64,000 nucleotides of DNA from positions 38,781 through 102,780 of the forward strand of contig CANMLD010000001.1 of the NCBI GenBank assembly GCA_947498315.1, in the 5' to 3' direction. This stretch comes from Pseudomonadota bacterium. GTDB lineage: Bacteria; Myxococcota_A; UBA9042; GCA-2863065. Position numbers and translations under genes: made by a program. Position 1 is the first letter of the stretch; each line of letters starts with the position of its first letter. Positions 32,552-42,398 of the stretch are shown here, one piece after another. The notes below the pieces were generated by a model that worked only from the letters and a program-made list of their open reading frames with translations, had not been told where the DNA came from and ran no database searches.

Positions 32552-34222
32552 ATGAGTCAGCCAGACCCAGCGACTTCGCGCATGACCCCGACCGAGCGGA
32601 AGGTCATCGTCGCTTCGTCCGTCGGTACCGTCTTCGAGTGGTACGACTTCTATCTCTACGGCTCGCTCGCGCCCATCATCGGTGCCCAGTTCTTCAGCCA
32701 ATACGACGAGAGCACGCGCAACATCTTCGCGCTCCTCGCCTTCGCGGCCGGCTTCCTCGTGCGGCCCTTCGGCGCGCTGGTCTTCGGACGACTCGGTGAC
32801 CTCGTCGGCCGTAAGTACACATTCTTAGTCACTATCCTCATTATGGGCGTGTCGACGTTCGCCGTCGCGCTCCTGCCGGGTTCGGCGACCATCGGCATCG
32901 TGGCGCCCATCATCCTGATCGCGCTGCGCCTCCTACAAGGCCTTGCTCTCGGCGGCGAATACGGTGGCGCCGCCACGTACGTCGCCGAACACGCGCCTCC
33001 GGGGCGGCGCGGCTTTTACACGTCGTGGATCCAGACCACCGCCACGCTCGGCCTCTTCCTGTCGCTCGTTGTCATCTTGGGCACCCGCTCGGCGCTCGGC
33101 GAAGAGGCCTTCGCCGCGTGGGGGTGGCGTATCCCCTTCGCGGTCTCGATCCTGCTGCTCGGCGTGTCGGTGTGGATACGCCGCCAGCTCCACGAGTCGC
33201 CCGCGTTTCAGAAGATGCGCGTCCAGGGCACGCTCTCGAAGGCGCCGCTTCGCGAAGCCTTCGGGCGCTGGCGTTACGCACGCGTCGCGATCATCGCGCT
33301 CTTCGGGCTCGTGATGGGGCAGGGCGTCGTCTGGTACACGGGCCAGTTCTACGCGCTCTTCTTCCTGCAATCGATCCTCGAGGTCGATGGTTACACGGCC
33401 AACCTGCTCATCGCCTGGGCGCTGCTGCTCGGCACGCCCGGCTTCGTCATCTTCGGCGCGCTCTCGGACCGCATCGGCAGAAAGCCCATCATTCTGGCGG
33501 GTTGCCTCATCGCCGCCCTCAGCTACTTCCCGCTCTTCAAGGCGCTCACCGCCGTCGCCAACCCGACCCTCGCGACGGCGATCGAGAACGTGAAGGTCGA
33601 GGTCGTCGCCGCCGAGGGCGCGTGCGGCGACCTCTTCAACCCGGTCGGGACGCGCAAGTTCACCGCCCCGTGCGACGTCGCGCGCGACGTGCTCTCGAAA
33701 GCGGGCGTGCGCTACACCACCAAGATCGCCCCCGCAGAGACGCCAGTGGCGGTTGACGTGGCGGGGCAGCTCATCCCGGTCGTGCAGGACGGCGCCGTAG
33801 CTCCGGCCTTCGCCAAGACGCTCGATTCAGCCGTCATCGCCGCAGGTTACCCTCGCGTGGACGACGGGGCCAAGGTCAAGATGACGGGCCTCTTCGACGT
33901 CTTCCGCCCGCAGCCACTCGCCGTCATTGGCATCCTGTTCCTGCTCGTCCTCTTCGTGACCATGGTCTACGGCCCCATCGCCGCGGCGCTCGTCGAGCTC
34001 TTCCCGACCCGCATTCGCTATACGTCCATGTCACTCCCTTACCACATCGGCAACGGCTGGTTCGGCGGTCTCTTGCCCGCGACGGCCTTCGCCCTCGTCG
34101 CCCAGACCGGCGACATCTACTATGGGCTCTGGTACCCGATTGTCTTCGCCGGCATCACTGTGATTGTGGGCCTCCTCTTCGTGCCCGAGACGAAAGACCG
34201 GGACATGAACGCGGACGAGTGA
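32552..34222 (+). CDS. MFS transporter, metabolite:H+ symporter family
   Basis: GTVFEWYDF, FGRLGDLVGRK, GGEYGGA, ELFPTRIRYT. Confidence 0.95.
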   Translation: MSQPDPATSRMTPTERKVIVASSVGTVFEWYDFYLYGSLAPIIGAQFFSQYDESTRNIFALLAFAAGFLVRPFGALVFGRLGDLVGRKYTFLVTILIMGVSTFAVALLPGSATIGIVAPIILIALRLLQGLALGGEYGGAATYVAEHAPPGRRGFYTSWIQTTATLGLFLSLVVILGTRSALGEEAFAAWGWRIPFAVSILLLGVSVWIRRQLHESPAFQKMRVQGTLSKAPLREAFGRWRYARVAIIALFGLVMGQGVVWYTGQFYALFFLQSILEVDGYTANLLIAWALLLGTPGFVIFGALSDRIGRKPIILAGCLIAALSYFPLFKALTAVANPTLATAIENVKVEVVAAEGACGDLFNPVGTRKFTAPCDVARDVLSKAGVRYTTKIAPAETPVAVDVAGQLIPVVQDGAVAPAFAKTLDSAVIAAGYPRVDDGAKVKMTGLFDVFRPQPLAVIGILFLLVLFVTMVYGPIAAALVELFPTRIRYTSMSLPYHIGNGWFGGLLPATAFALVAQTGDIYYGLWYPIVFAGITVIVGLLFVPETKDRDMNADE

Positions 34223-34277
34223 ACAGCGTCCACAGAATCTCAGTGGACACGCGCTTTCATCCGCTATGATAACCGTC

Positions 34278-35050
34278 ATGACGGGTTGCTGGCGTAGACT
34301 CTCGATGTTGCTGGCCCCCTGGTCGTCGCCGGTTGTGGCGGCGACGACGTCGCGGCGTCGTTCGACACGGCCGCGTCGACTGACGCGTCGCCCGTGACGA
34401 GCGAGGACGTCCCGGCGCCGCGAGCCGACGTCCGCGTCGACCTCCCCGACGTGCCCGAGCCGCCCCGCCGGTTCCCGACGCTCCCGGGTCCCCGTTGCAA
34501 CGGCGCCGACTCCGTGCCCGAGGCGCCGTGCCCCGGTGAGTGCAGGGACGGCGTGTGCCTCATCGAGTGTATCGGGGAGAGCCACGAGCTCCCAACGCTG
34601 CTCGCCCCCCCACCGTCTCGCCTCCTTCAATTGTGTCGACTACGTCGCCAATGTGGCTGAGTTGGGCCTCGCGGGGCACGCGACCTTCTACGAAATCATG
34701 AACGAACCTACGTCCTGGGTGCGTCGCCGAGCTCTCGACACAGGCGGCGCCAAGGCCATCGAGACGCCGCGGACGGTTATACAGGACAAACATCGCGGGC
34801 TCGAGGTCGCCCCGGGTAGCTCATGGATCGCGACCTTCGGTCGAGAAGGGGCTGCCTTCTTCGCCGGAATGGGTGGCCTCCGTCGTGAGGTCGCGAGCGT
34901 CGGTAGGATGCACGACGTAGTGGCGCTCGATGATGGCCACGTGATCCTCATCACAGACCACTCTTGGCAGCGAGTGGATGTAACTCTCGTGTCACTCGAG
35001 GACGGGAACTGGGTGCGCATTGCCTCCTTTCCTTGCGGCGTCGCAGGTCG
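34278..35050 (+). pseudogene. Frameshifted, 3'-truncated lipoprotein gene remnant
   Basis: Adding one C to the C5 run (34315-34319) gives lipobox LLAPLVVAGC; removing one C from the C7 run (34605-34611) continues into SFNCVDY...; no stop before the convergent gene. Confidence 0.45.
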
Positions 35051-35096
35051 CGCGCGAGATTGTGCTCGGCTTCGACGAGGGCGTGGCTTTTCTAAC

Positions 35097-36851
35097 CTAC
35101 TGAGCCACCTTCGCCGGCAAGAAGCGGCCGTAGCCCATCTCGCGGCCGAGCTCGTCAGCGAAGTGCCCGCCCGCAAAGGCCTTCCGTCCATTGACGAACA
35201 CGGCGTCCACGGCCCCGTCGCTCCGGTTCACCATCCGGATGAGTCCGGGCAGACCCTCCACCTCGGCTTCATGGTAGGCCTCGAGCCGCTCGTCGAGCGC
35301 GTCGGGGTTCACGACCACGACGTCGGCGCGGTCGCCCACGCGAATGCGGCCGGCCTCGACGCCGAACCAGTCCGCGAGCTCCCCCGTGACGCGCCACACG
35401 GCTTTCTCGATGGGCATCAAGGGCTTACCGGCGCGTTCGCAGTCTCGGACGCGCTTCAGGAGCCTGAGCGGGAAGTTATAGAAGGCCATGTTGCGGAGGT
35501 GGGCGCCCGAGTCGGCGAAGCCCACGACGGTGGCGGGCTCCTTCATGATTCGATCGACGGCCTCGGGGCGGTCGTTGGCGATGGTCGTGCGCCAGCGCAG
35601 CGCGCTGCCGTGGGCGGCGGCGAGGTCGAGGAAGGCGTCGACGGGGTGGCAGCCGCGCGCGTCGGCGACGGCGCCGAAGCTCATGCCGACGACCGAGGCG
35701 TCGGGGCAGCCCACGATCTGGGCATCATGGAGGTCCCGATGCCAGACGCGCGGCGAGAAGCGCTTCGTGTAGTCCTTTCGGAACTGCTCGCGGTAGCTCG
35801 GGTTTTGGAAGAGGGCGCGGCGCTCGGCTTCGGCTGTGAGGTGCAGAGCAGCCTGTCCGGCGGCGAACTCCTCGAAGACGACGAGCTCCATGCCGTCGGC
35901 GTAGACCTCGAAGGGCGTCGGGAGCGCCTGCCATCGGAAGTCGGCGCCGAAGAGCCGGTTGAATCCGTTCGCCACGCGGCCGATGACCCGGTGCACCCAG
36001 CGGTCCGACTTCGGATCCATGAGCGTGATGAGCGTCGTCTTGAGCGCCTTGCGTAGCCCGAAGGAGGCGCTGGCCGCGAGGAAGAGCAGCGCGTTGACCT
36101 TGGTGACGAGGTTGGGCGCGCCCTGGTGGATGCGACCGCGGCGACGCAAGATCGCGTTCAGAAAACGAAACTCGCGCCAGGTCGCATACGTTGAGGGTAA
36201 GGACTTCGAGCGGAAGCGGTCGCCGTCCAGCTTGTCCCACGGGTTCGTCATCGTGGACAGGCCCAGCAGGCCGGCGTCGAGCCCCTCTTCGAGCAGCCGC
36301 GCCATCTCGGCGAGCTCGACCGGGGTCGCGCGGGCCGTGTCGTCCACCGCACGCGCGAGACCCATCACGCGCACACGCAAGTCCGAATGCCCGAGGAAGG
36401 ACGTGACGTTGGGGCCGAGAGGGTGGGTTCGGAGGAAGTCTAGCCACCCGGCGGTGCTGTCCCAGGTCTTCGTCCTTCGAAGCAGCGGCAGCACCTGTGC
36501 GCGCGGCACCGCCTCGACCCGAGTGAAGAGGTCGGAACAGTCTTCGGCTTCCGAGAGGATGAGGCTGATGGAGCAGGACCCGACGGTGACGGTCGTCACG
36601 CCGTGCCGGACGGACTCGCTGAGTGACGGCGCGGCGAGGAGCTCGGCGTCGTAGTGGGTGTGGATGTCGAGGAAGCCGGGCATGACCCAGCGGCCACGGG
36701 CGTCCACGACGTCCGGGACGCCGTCGGTCGGCAGCGACGGCTCACCGATAGCGGCGACCCGCCCGTCTTTAATGCCCACGTCGGCGATGCGCCCGGGTGC
36801 GCCGGTCCCGTCGAACCAGAGGCCACCCACAATCACGGTATCGAGTGTCAT
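35097..36851 (-). CDS. N-acyl-D-amino-acid deacylase family amidohydrolase
   Basis: PGFLDIHTHYD, HGVTTV, DSGAH, GDRADVVV. Confidence 0.92.
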   Translation of the reverse strand: MTLDTVIVGGLWFDGTGAPGRIADVGIKDGRVAAIGEPSLPTDGVPDVVDARGRWVMPGFLDIHTHYDAELLAAPSLSESVRHGVTTVTVGSCSISLILSEAEDCSDLFTRVEAVPRAQVLPLLRRTKTWDSTAGWLDFLRTHPLGPNVTSFLGHSDLRVRVMGLARAVDDTARATPVELAEMARLLEEGLDAGLLGLSTMTNPWDKLDGDRFRSKSLPSTYATWREFRFLNAILRRRGRIHQGAPNLVTKVNALLFLAASASFGLRKALKTTLITLMDPKSDRWVHRVIGRVANGFNRLFGADFRWQALPTPFEVYADGMELVVFEEFAAGQAALHLTAEAERRALFQNPSYREQFRKDYTKRFSPRVWHRDLHDAQIVGCPDASVVGMSFGAVADARGCHPVDAFLDLAAAHGSALRWRTTIANDRPEAVDRIMKEPATVVGFADSGAHLRNMAFYNFPLRLLKRVRDCERAGKPLMPIEKAVWRVTGELADWFGVEAGRIRVGDRADVVVVNPDALDERLEAYHEAEVEGLPGLIRMVNRSDGAVDAVFVNGRKAFAGGHFADELGREMGYGRFLPAKVAQ

Positions 36852-36883
36852 GTCAGCAGCTTAGGCGCCGCCGGCAGGGACGT

Positions 36884-37340
36884 CTAGTGACCCGAAATCG
36901 CTACGAGCCCCGCGAGGACCTGCTCGAACGGCGTCGTCCCCTGAACTCGCCGGTGACCGCCCTCATAGGCCACGTGACCGCTGGCGATCCCGGTCAGCAT
37001 TTCCTGATAGAGCGAGGCGAATGCGGCTGGGAACTCGAAGCTCCCGAGCACGGTCGGGGCCATCGTCACCGGCACCTCCTGAACCGCCACCGGGCGATGG
37101 GTGAGCTCCAATAGGATGGCGGCGGCGTCCTTCATGCTGCGCGCCGGTCCACCGAACTCGACGATCTCGATCCCCTTCGGACCGGCTAGGAGCTCGGCGG
37201 CCGCAAGCCGGCCGATGTCGACGGTGGTACCTATGTCGAAGCGGAAGCCCGCAGGCAGGAAGCCCGGCAGTACACCTTGAGCGAGCTGTGAGAGCGATCC
37301 GCCTAGTTTCTCCATGAAGTAGGCCGCTCGAATGTCGACG
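36884..37340 (-). pseudogene. C-terminal fragment of an NmrA-family NAD(P)-binding protein
   Basis: IRAAYFME...DIGRLAAAEL...EFGGP; the Rossmann N-terminus is absent and the fragment begins at the upstream gene's stop. Confidence 0.65.
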
Positions 37341-37343
37341 CGG

Positions 37344-38837
37344 CTATGGAAAGCCCGGAAAGCAGAAGCCCCCCGACGTCGACGTGATGTACGTCGCGCC
37401 CAGCGGCGTGATCTGCTTCGACGGCCACTCGATGTCGAACACGTCCCAGTTGCGGTTGGTCACGTCGAGGTACACCGGCCCAAACTTCTGGAGCAGGACG
37501 CCGTAGCTGTAGACCTCGACCGTCGCTTCGGTGTCGGTGCTGCTCGAGCCTTCGTAGGCGTCTGAGTAGTAGTGGACCACGAAGCGGTACTTACCCGGCT
37601 TCGGCTCTGTGATGTTCGTGTGTTCGGGGCCGTAGCCGTCGACGTCGTCGACGTCGAGGTAAGGGTTGTCCTTCCAGGCGCCTTGCACCGCCCAGTCGGG
37701 CGACGGGTTGCCGAAGTAGCAGTCGGTCTGACAGTCGAAGAAAGTGCCGCCGGGCTCGATGAAGTGACTGTCAACGTCGCAGAGGTCGCTGTTCCAGGTC
37801 AACTTGATGGTCAGCCCGATCTCCTCCGGCGGCGGCTCTTTGCCGAAGCCGGCGACATCGAGCTTGACCTTCGGTTCCGCTGGATCGTCGGTCTCGATGA
37901 GGAAGAAGCCGGTATCGGGACCCGCGAGGTTCGGCGTGTACGAGATGTCGATAGGGAGGCTGCCGCCAGGCGGGATGGCCGTGGGGAACGCCGGCATGGG
38001 CGTGACCTGGATCTCCTGAGTGAGCGGGAAGAAAAAGGTCGTCCCGCGTTCAATGTTCTTCAGCGTGAGCGGCGTCACGCTCGAGCAGTTGGACAGCACC
38101 GCCTGCAGGATCTTTGTGTCACCGCGCTCCACGCTGCCGAAGTTCAGCGCGGTCGGCTTGAGCGAGACGCAGGGCTCGGGCCCGTTGAGATCCGCCTTCA
38201 AGAAGGACTCGAGCGCCACGTCGACCGTGGGGCGGGCGGGATCGGTGCTGGTGACGCGCAGGGTGGCCGATCCACCCGCGATCTCCTTGAACACGATGAG
38301 ACCGAGAGTCGAATCGCCCGGCTGCAGCAGCTTCGGGAGCGGAGGGATGGCCGAGAGTGTGAAGTCGGGCGAAGCGCCGGGGAGCAGCGCCACGCCGGTG
38401 ATCGTGAGCGACGCGGTGCCGACGTTGAAGATCGAGATCTGGCGTATCAAGGACTCCGGGAGCGGCGAGACATACGAGAAGGTGTACTGCGCTGGATCGA
38501 CGGCGATCTCCCCTACGCCTATGGCGGGTCCGCTCGTGTCTTCAGCGACGTTCACCGTGTCGTTGCCGCCGCTACTATCCTCGCTCGCGGTCACATCACC
38601 GGCACCGTCGACGCCGTCCCCCGAACCCGCGATGTCGGTGTCCCCGCCGTCCGCTCCCGCGCCCACGTCGGCGCCCGGATCGATGAGGACCACCAAGGCG
38701 TCGTTGTTGCCGCCGCCAGTGACCGCATCGGCTTTGCCCCCGGAATCACTGTCCGAGGTGCCGCCACAGGCGGAGATGAGCGACAGGGCCAGGCCCGTCG
38801 CGAGGAGGAGAGTAAGACTGCGGGGATTCGGTCGCAT
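37344..38837 (-). CDS. Lipoprotein with two choice-of-anchor-D/ASH Ig-like domains and a YfaP-like C-terminal domain
   Basis: Lipobox LISAC; NVGTASLTIT, LNFGSV...IETDDP; LTWNS..DVDSH...LDVDDVDGYGPEH. Confidence 0.8.
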   Translation of the reverse strand: MRPNPRSLTLLLATGLALSLISACGGTSDSDSGGKADAVTGGGNNDALVVLIDPGADVGAGADGGDTDIAGSGDGVDGAGDVTASEDSSGGNDTVNVAEDTSGPAIGVGEIAVDPAQYTFSYVSPLPESLIRQISIFNVGTASLTITGVALLPGASPDFTLSAIPPLPKLLQPGDSTLGLIVFKEIAGGSATLRVTSTDPARPTVDVALESFLKADLNGPEPCVSLKPTALNFGSVERGDTKILQAVLSNCSSVTPLTLKNIERGTTFFFPLTQEIQVTPMPAFPTAIPPGGSLPIDISYTPNLAGPDTGFFLIETDDPAEPKVKLDVAGFGKEPPPEEIGLTIKLTWNSDLCDVDSHFIEPGGTFFDCQTDCYFGNPSPDWAVQGAWKDNPYLDVDDVDGYGPEHTNITEPKPGKYRFVVHYYSDAYEGSSSTDTEATVEVYSYGVLLQKFGPVYLDVTNRNWDVFDIEWPSKQITPLGATYITSTSGGFCFPGFP

Positions 38838-38895
38838 CACTGAGATGTACCACAGTTCACCGCGGAAACACGCACTTTCGTGCATCACAGGTAGG

Positions 38896-39978
38896 TCAGC
38901 CTGGGGCTAGCGTCGCCCGCATCGCGTCCACGACGCGCTCTGCGGGGACGGCCGTCCATGCTTCGAACGCGAGGGCGCCTTGCGCCGCCAACATCGTCAG
39001 GCCGTTCTCGCCGCGCACGCCTGCTGCAGACGCTGCTGCTAGAAACGCAGTAGCATCGGGGACATAGACGAGGTCCGACGCGAACCGCACGCGGTCCCAC
39101 GGGAGCGCCGAGAAGTCCTTGGCGACGCGATCATAGTCCGCGGTGCCGGCGTATACGCCCATGCCCGCTGACGACGCGTTGACGATGAGGTCCGGCGAAA
39201 AGCCCGGCTCCACTGGAGTACTCCAGCCGACGAGCCGGCGCTCCCCCACTGCCGGCGTGTCTCGGCTCGTCAGGTCTCGCACCAGCGCGTCCGCCGCTCC
39301 CGAGCGTCGTGCGAGCACACCGATGCGCCGCGCCCCTGCGTTCAGGAGGCCCACGATGGCCGCCCTTGCCGCGCCACCCGCCCCGAGAACGAGGACGTCG
39401 CTCCCCGCGGCATCGACGCCCGCTCTCACGAGGCTCGCGATGAACCCTGGCGCGTCGGTGTTGGTGCCATGAAGCCGCCCTTTCGAGACGCGGACCGTGT
39501 TGACGGCACCAATCGTCCCGGCGAGGGCGTCGACCTCGTCGAGCGCTCCGAAGACAGCGACCTTGTGTGGGACCGTGACGTTGAACCCGTGGAGCTCGCG
39601 ACGCGCGCGCTCGATGAAGGCAGGCAGCCCATCGAGCTCCACATCGAACGCGCGATATCGGCCAACAATCCCGGCAGTGGTGAAGGCCGCTGAGTGCATC
39701 GCCGGACTGCGCGAGTGGGAGACGGGGTGGCCGACGAGGCCGACCTCGACGAAGCCGACCTCGTCGGGGACAGGGCCGCGCTCGTTCAGTGGGTCGGACA
39801 AAACTCCGATTGGCGTCGGCCGGCAATTTTCGAGCATCGAGTTGCTCTCGCTCCTCGACGGGCGATGCGGCCCGCCTTCGTCACTCGAGCACGCGCCTAG
39901 CGGCGCCAACTCGCTGGGTCGAAAATTGCACGGCGTACGCTCAATCTCCATTTTGACCGACCCACTCAGAGCGCTCAC
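38896..39978 (-). CDS. aroE: Shikimate dehydrogenase with an in-frame 60-aa MITE-derived insertion near the N-terminus
   Basis: GHPVSHSRSP, GFNVTVPHK, GAVNT, NTDAPG, LGAGGAARA, DLVY; GTG start overlaps the ribF stop. Confidence 0.9.
   Translation of the reverse strand: MSALSGSVKMEIERTPCNFRPSELAPLGACSSDEGGPHRPSRSESNSMLENCRPTPIGVLSDPLNERGPVPDEVGFVEVGLVGHPVSHSRSPAMHSAAFTTAGIVGRYRAFDVELDGLPAFIERARRELHGFNVTVPHKVAVFGALDEVDALAGTIGAVNTVRVSKGRLHGTNTDAPGFIASLVRAGVDAAGSDVLVLGAGGAARAAIVGLLNAGARRIGVLARRSGAADALVRDLTSRDTPAVGERRLVGWSTPVEPGFSPDLIVNASSAGMGVYAGTADYDRVAKDFSALPWDRVRFASDLVYVPDATAFLAAASAAGVRGENGLTMLAAQGALAFEAWTAVPAERVVDAMRATLAPG
39789..39965. mobile_element. 177-bp MITE / palindromic element with 15-bp TIRs and a TCA target duplication
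   Basis: GTGGGTCGGACAAAA ... TTTTGACCGACCCAC (14/15 match), with an imperfect inverted repeat extending ~55 bp; TCA at 39786-39788 and 39966-39968; partial copy at 5414. Confidence 0.9.
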
Positions 39979-40907
39979 GTCTCCGCGGCCAGGATACGCC
40001 GCGAGGCCTCGCAGTCCTGATGCATCTGCGCCACGAGCGGGCCCACGCCGTCGAAGCGAAGCTCGTCTCGGAGGTGCGCGATGAGGTCCACCGAGAGGCG
40101 CTGTCCGTAGAGATCTCCCGCGAAGTCGAACACATAGGTCTCTATGCGCCGATCCTGCCCGTCGAAGGTCGGCCGTGTCCCGATGGCGGTCACTGCCGCG
40201 CGTCGGACGCCCCCCACATGCGCCCAGCTCGCGTAGATGCCGTTCTTCGGGACGAGGGCCGTCTCGCACGCGAGGTTGGCGGTCGGGAAACCGAGAGTGC
40301 GTCCGAGCTGGTCGCCACGCACGACCACGCCATGGAGTCGATGAGGGCGACCGAGCAGCCGGCGCGCCATCGCCACGTCACCCGCTGCCACGGCACCACG
40401 GATTCGGGACGACGAGTAGGGCAGGCCGGCGTCGTCGAGCACCGGCTCCGCAACGTCAACGGTCACCCCGAGTGGCTCGAGGCATTGGCGCATGAAGGCG
40501 CCATCGCCGCGCCGGTCACGACCGAAACGCTGGTCGGGGCCAACGACCACGGCGACCGCCCCGAGCGTTCGAACCAGTAGCTCCGTCGCGAAGGTCTCAG
40601 CGCTGAGCCCGCGGACATCCTCGAAAGGCAGCTCGACGAAGAGGCTGATGCCGGCTTCAGCGAGGCGCCGACGCCGTTCGTCTCGTGTCGTGATGAGAGG
40701 CGGGGCCGACGCAGGGCTCAACACCTCTCGCGGGTGAGGCCAAAAGGACACGACGGTCGGTGTGGCGTCGAGCCGCTCCCCAAGCGCCGTGACGCGCCCG
40801 AGGAGGGCCTGATGACCCCGGTGTATGCCATCGAAGGCACCGAAGGTGAGCGCGGTGCGCTGAAGACCACTGCTGGGGAGCTCGGTGAGCGACGTCAGGA
40901 ACCGCAT
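39975..40907 (-). CDS. ribF: Bifunctional riboflavin kinase / FAD synthetase
   Basis: GAFDGIHRGH, YSSSRIR, GRTLGFPTAN, GTRPTF, ETYVFDF. Confidence 0.96.
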   Translation of the reverse strand: MRFLTSLTELPSSGLQRTALTFGAFDGIHRGHQALLGRVTALGERLDATPTVVSFWPHPREVLSPASAPPLITTRDERRRRLAEAGISLFVELPFEDVRGLSAETFATELLVRTLGAVAVVVGPDQRFGRDRRGDGAFMRQCLEPLGVTVDVAEPVLDDAGLPYSSSRIRGAVAAGDVAMARRLLGRPHRLHGVVVRGDQLGRTLGFPTANLACETALVPKNGIYASWAHVGGVRRAAVTAIGTRPTFDGQDRRIETYVFDFAGDLYGQRLSVDLIAHLRDELRFDGVGPLVAQMHQDCEASRRILAAET

Positions 40908-40949
40908 GGCCGCAGGGTGCCTTGTGCAGCGGCTGCGGACAAGTCTGCG

Positions 40950-41486
40950 TCAGCCTTCGGCGGCGTCAGTGCTATCGGCCATGTCGGTCATGTCCATGCC
41001 GTCGGTTGCGTCCATGCCGTCGGTTGCGTCCATGCCGTCGGTTATGTCAGAGCCGTCGGTCGCGTCTGTCGCATCGGGTGGGCCATCGCTCCCATCGGAC
41101 GCGTCATCGCTGATGTCCGCCCCACCCGTACACTCGGTCAACCTGACGGTGTCGCACTCAGCGTCCTCGAGGCAGACGAGCTGCGACTCGGTCATGGTCG
41201 GGCAAACTTCGTCGCAGACGGTCTCCGGTTCACCGCAGGTGGTCGCGACGGCGCCACATCGGTTCGCGCAATCCGTTGCCGGACCGTCCGAACCATCTTG
41301 CCCGTCGTCACCGTCGGTCGCGTCGGATTGGCCGTCGGCTGCATCCTGAGAGGCGGCGCCGTCATCGCCGTCTGCACCGTCAGTAGAGCTAGTGCTGCTG
41401 CTGGACGCGCTGCTTTCGCAGCCCAGCGTTCCAGCGGCGATGAGGCTCGCCGTAGCCAGGGACCAAAGTTGAGTCTTCATTCGCAT
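40950..41486 (-). CDS. Small Cys-rich lipoprotein with D/G/T-rich repeats
   Basis: Lipobox TLGC; CANRC...CDEVC core; TDGMDA 18-bp repeats near 40993-41043. Confidence 0.75.
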   Translation of the reverse strand: MRMKTQLWSLATASLIAAGTLGCESSASSSSTSSTDGADGDDGAASQDAADGQSDATDGDDGQDGSDGPATDCANRCGAVATTCGEPETVCDEVCPTMTESQLVCLEDAECDTVRLTECTGGADISDDASDGSDGPPDATDATDGSDITDGMDATDGMDATDGMDMTDMADSTDAAEG

Positions 41487-41568
41487 GACGTTCCGCCTCC
41501 CAAGTTGCGGGGAACACACTTAGCAGACGACGGCTGGGCTGCAAGCCCCGTCCGCGAGCTGGTCCTCA

Positions 41569-41946
41569 CTACTTCACCGTGTACGTCGCCGGGGTGTAGC
41601 GCTCGTATGGGCCCGCTTCGCACTGGCTGGGGCCGGTCTTACCTTCACAGCCGTAGTGGTGCGTGCCGCGTAGTCGGAATTGCCCTCCCATCCCAGCGGT
41701 CTCCGTCACGACTTTGAAGCCAGGGCGCGCGAGGAAGGCAACAGGCTTGATCTCCACCAAGATTCCTTCGTCCTCGCAGAGCTCCTTGGCGACGGTCTTC
41801 CAGCTCAACTCGGGATATTCAATCCGGACCTCGTAGCTCGGACACGCATCGGTGGCACTTTTTGTGATGGCGCGTCGGACGGGTTTGACGAAAGTGCTGA
41901 CGCTCGGCAGAAATCCGTGAAGTCGCCGGGGCGAGCTGCCGACCAC
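41569..41946 (-). CDS. Hypothetical protein or gene remnant
   Basis: Protein-like 3' part (YEVRIEYPELSWK...PATYTVK); start is poorly defined. Confidence 0.35.
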   Translation of the reverse strand: MVGSSPRRLHGFLPSVSTFVKPVRRAITKSATDACPSYEVRIEYPELSWKTVAKELCEDEGILVEIKPVAFLARPGFKVVTETAGMGGQFRLRGTHHYGCEGKTGPSQCEAGPYERYTPATYTVK

Positions 41947-41994
41947 GCTCCGACTCGTTGCGGTTCCAAAAGAACGCCGATCAGGAGCCCTCAG

Positions 41995-42384
41995 ATGCTA
42001 CTTCTCGCCGTGCCCATCCTCTTCGCCGTGGGGTGCGCAGCGGCCATCGTCCCTGTCGCCGAACCCGAGACCGCTCCTTCGGAAGCCACGCAGGGAGCCA
42101 GCCGCGAGTTGAAGGGCACGCTCACCTACACGCGGTCACCCGAGACGAAGTCAGTTGAGGCCTACGAGGGCATCGAGTTTCGCGTCGCCGGGACGGCCGT
42201 CGAGCCGTCAGAGGCAGTGAGCCGCGACGTCCTCTTGGGCCACGACGGCAAGTCCGTGACCGTCCGCTGCACGATACGGACGCCGCCACCGCCAGCGAGG
42301 CACGAGTCCTACCCGGTCGGAATGGACGGACGTGCTCTCCCGCGTCCGGATCGCTGCACAGTGTCTTCCATCATTAACCCTTGA
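41995..42384 (+). CDS. Small hypothetical lipoprotein
   Basis: AGGAG RBS; MLLLAVPILFAVGC lipobox. Confidence 0.7.
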   Translation: MLLLAVPILFAVGCAAAIVPVAEPETAPSEATQGASRELKGTLTYTRSPETKSVEAYEGIEFRVAGTAVEPSEAVSRDVLLGHDGKSVTVRCTIRTPPPPARHESYPVGMDGRALPRPDRCTVSSIINP

Positions 42385-42398
42385 CGCGAGGGACCGAG

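Noticed and set aside
34536..36056. 506-aa plus-strand ORF as an intact gene
   Set aside because: Its 3' two-thirds are antisense to the amidohydrolase; only the part before ~35050 looks like a gene remnant.
39979..40269. Extension of aroE up to 40269
   Set aside because: It overlaps ribF in another frame; the GTGA overlap at 39975-39978 is the natural coupled start.
41947..41960. GCTCCGACTCGTTG as an att copy of the tRNA-Asn 3' end
   Set aside because: Only 9 contiguous bases match and no integrase is present; compatible with chance.
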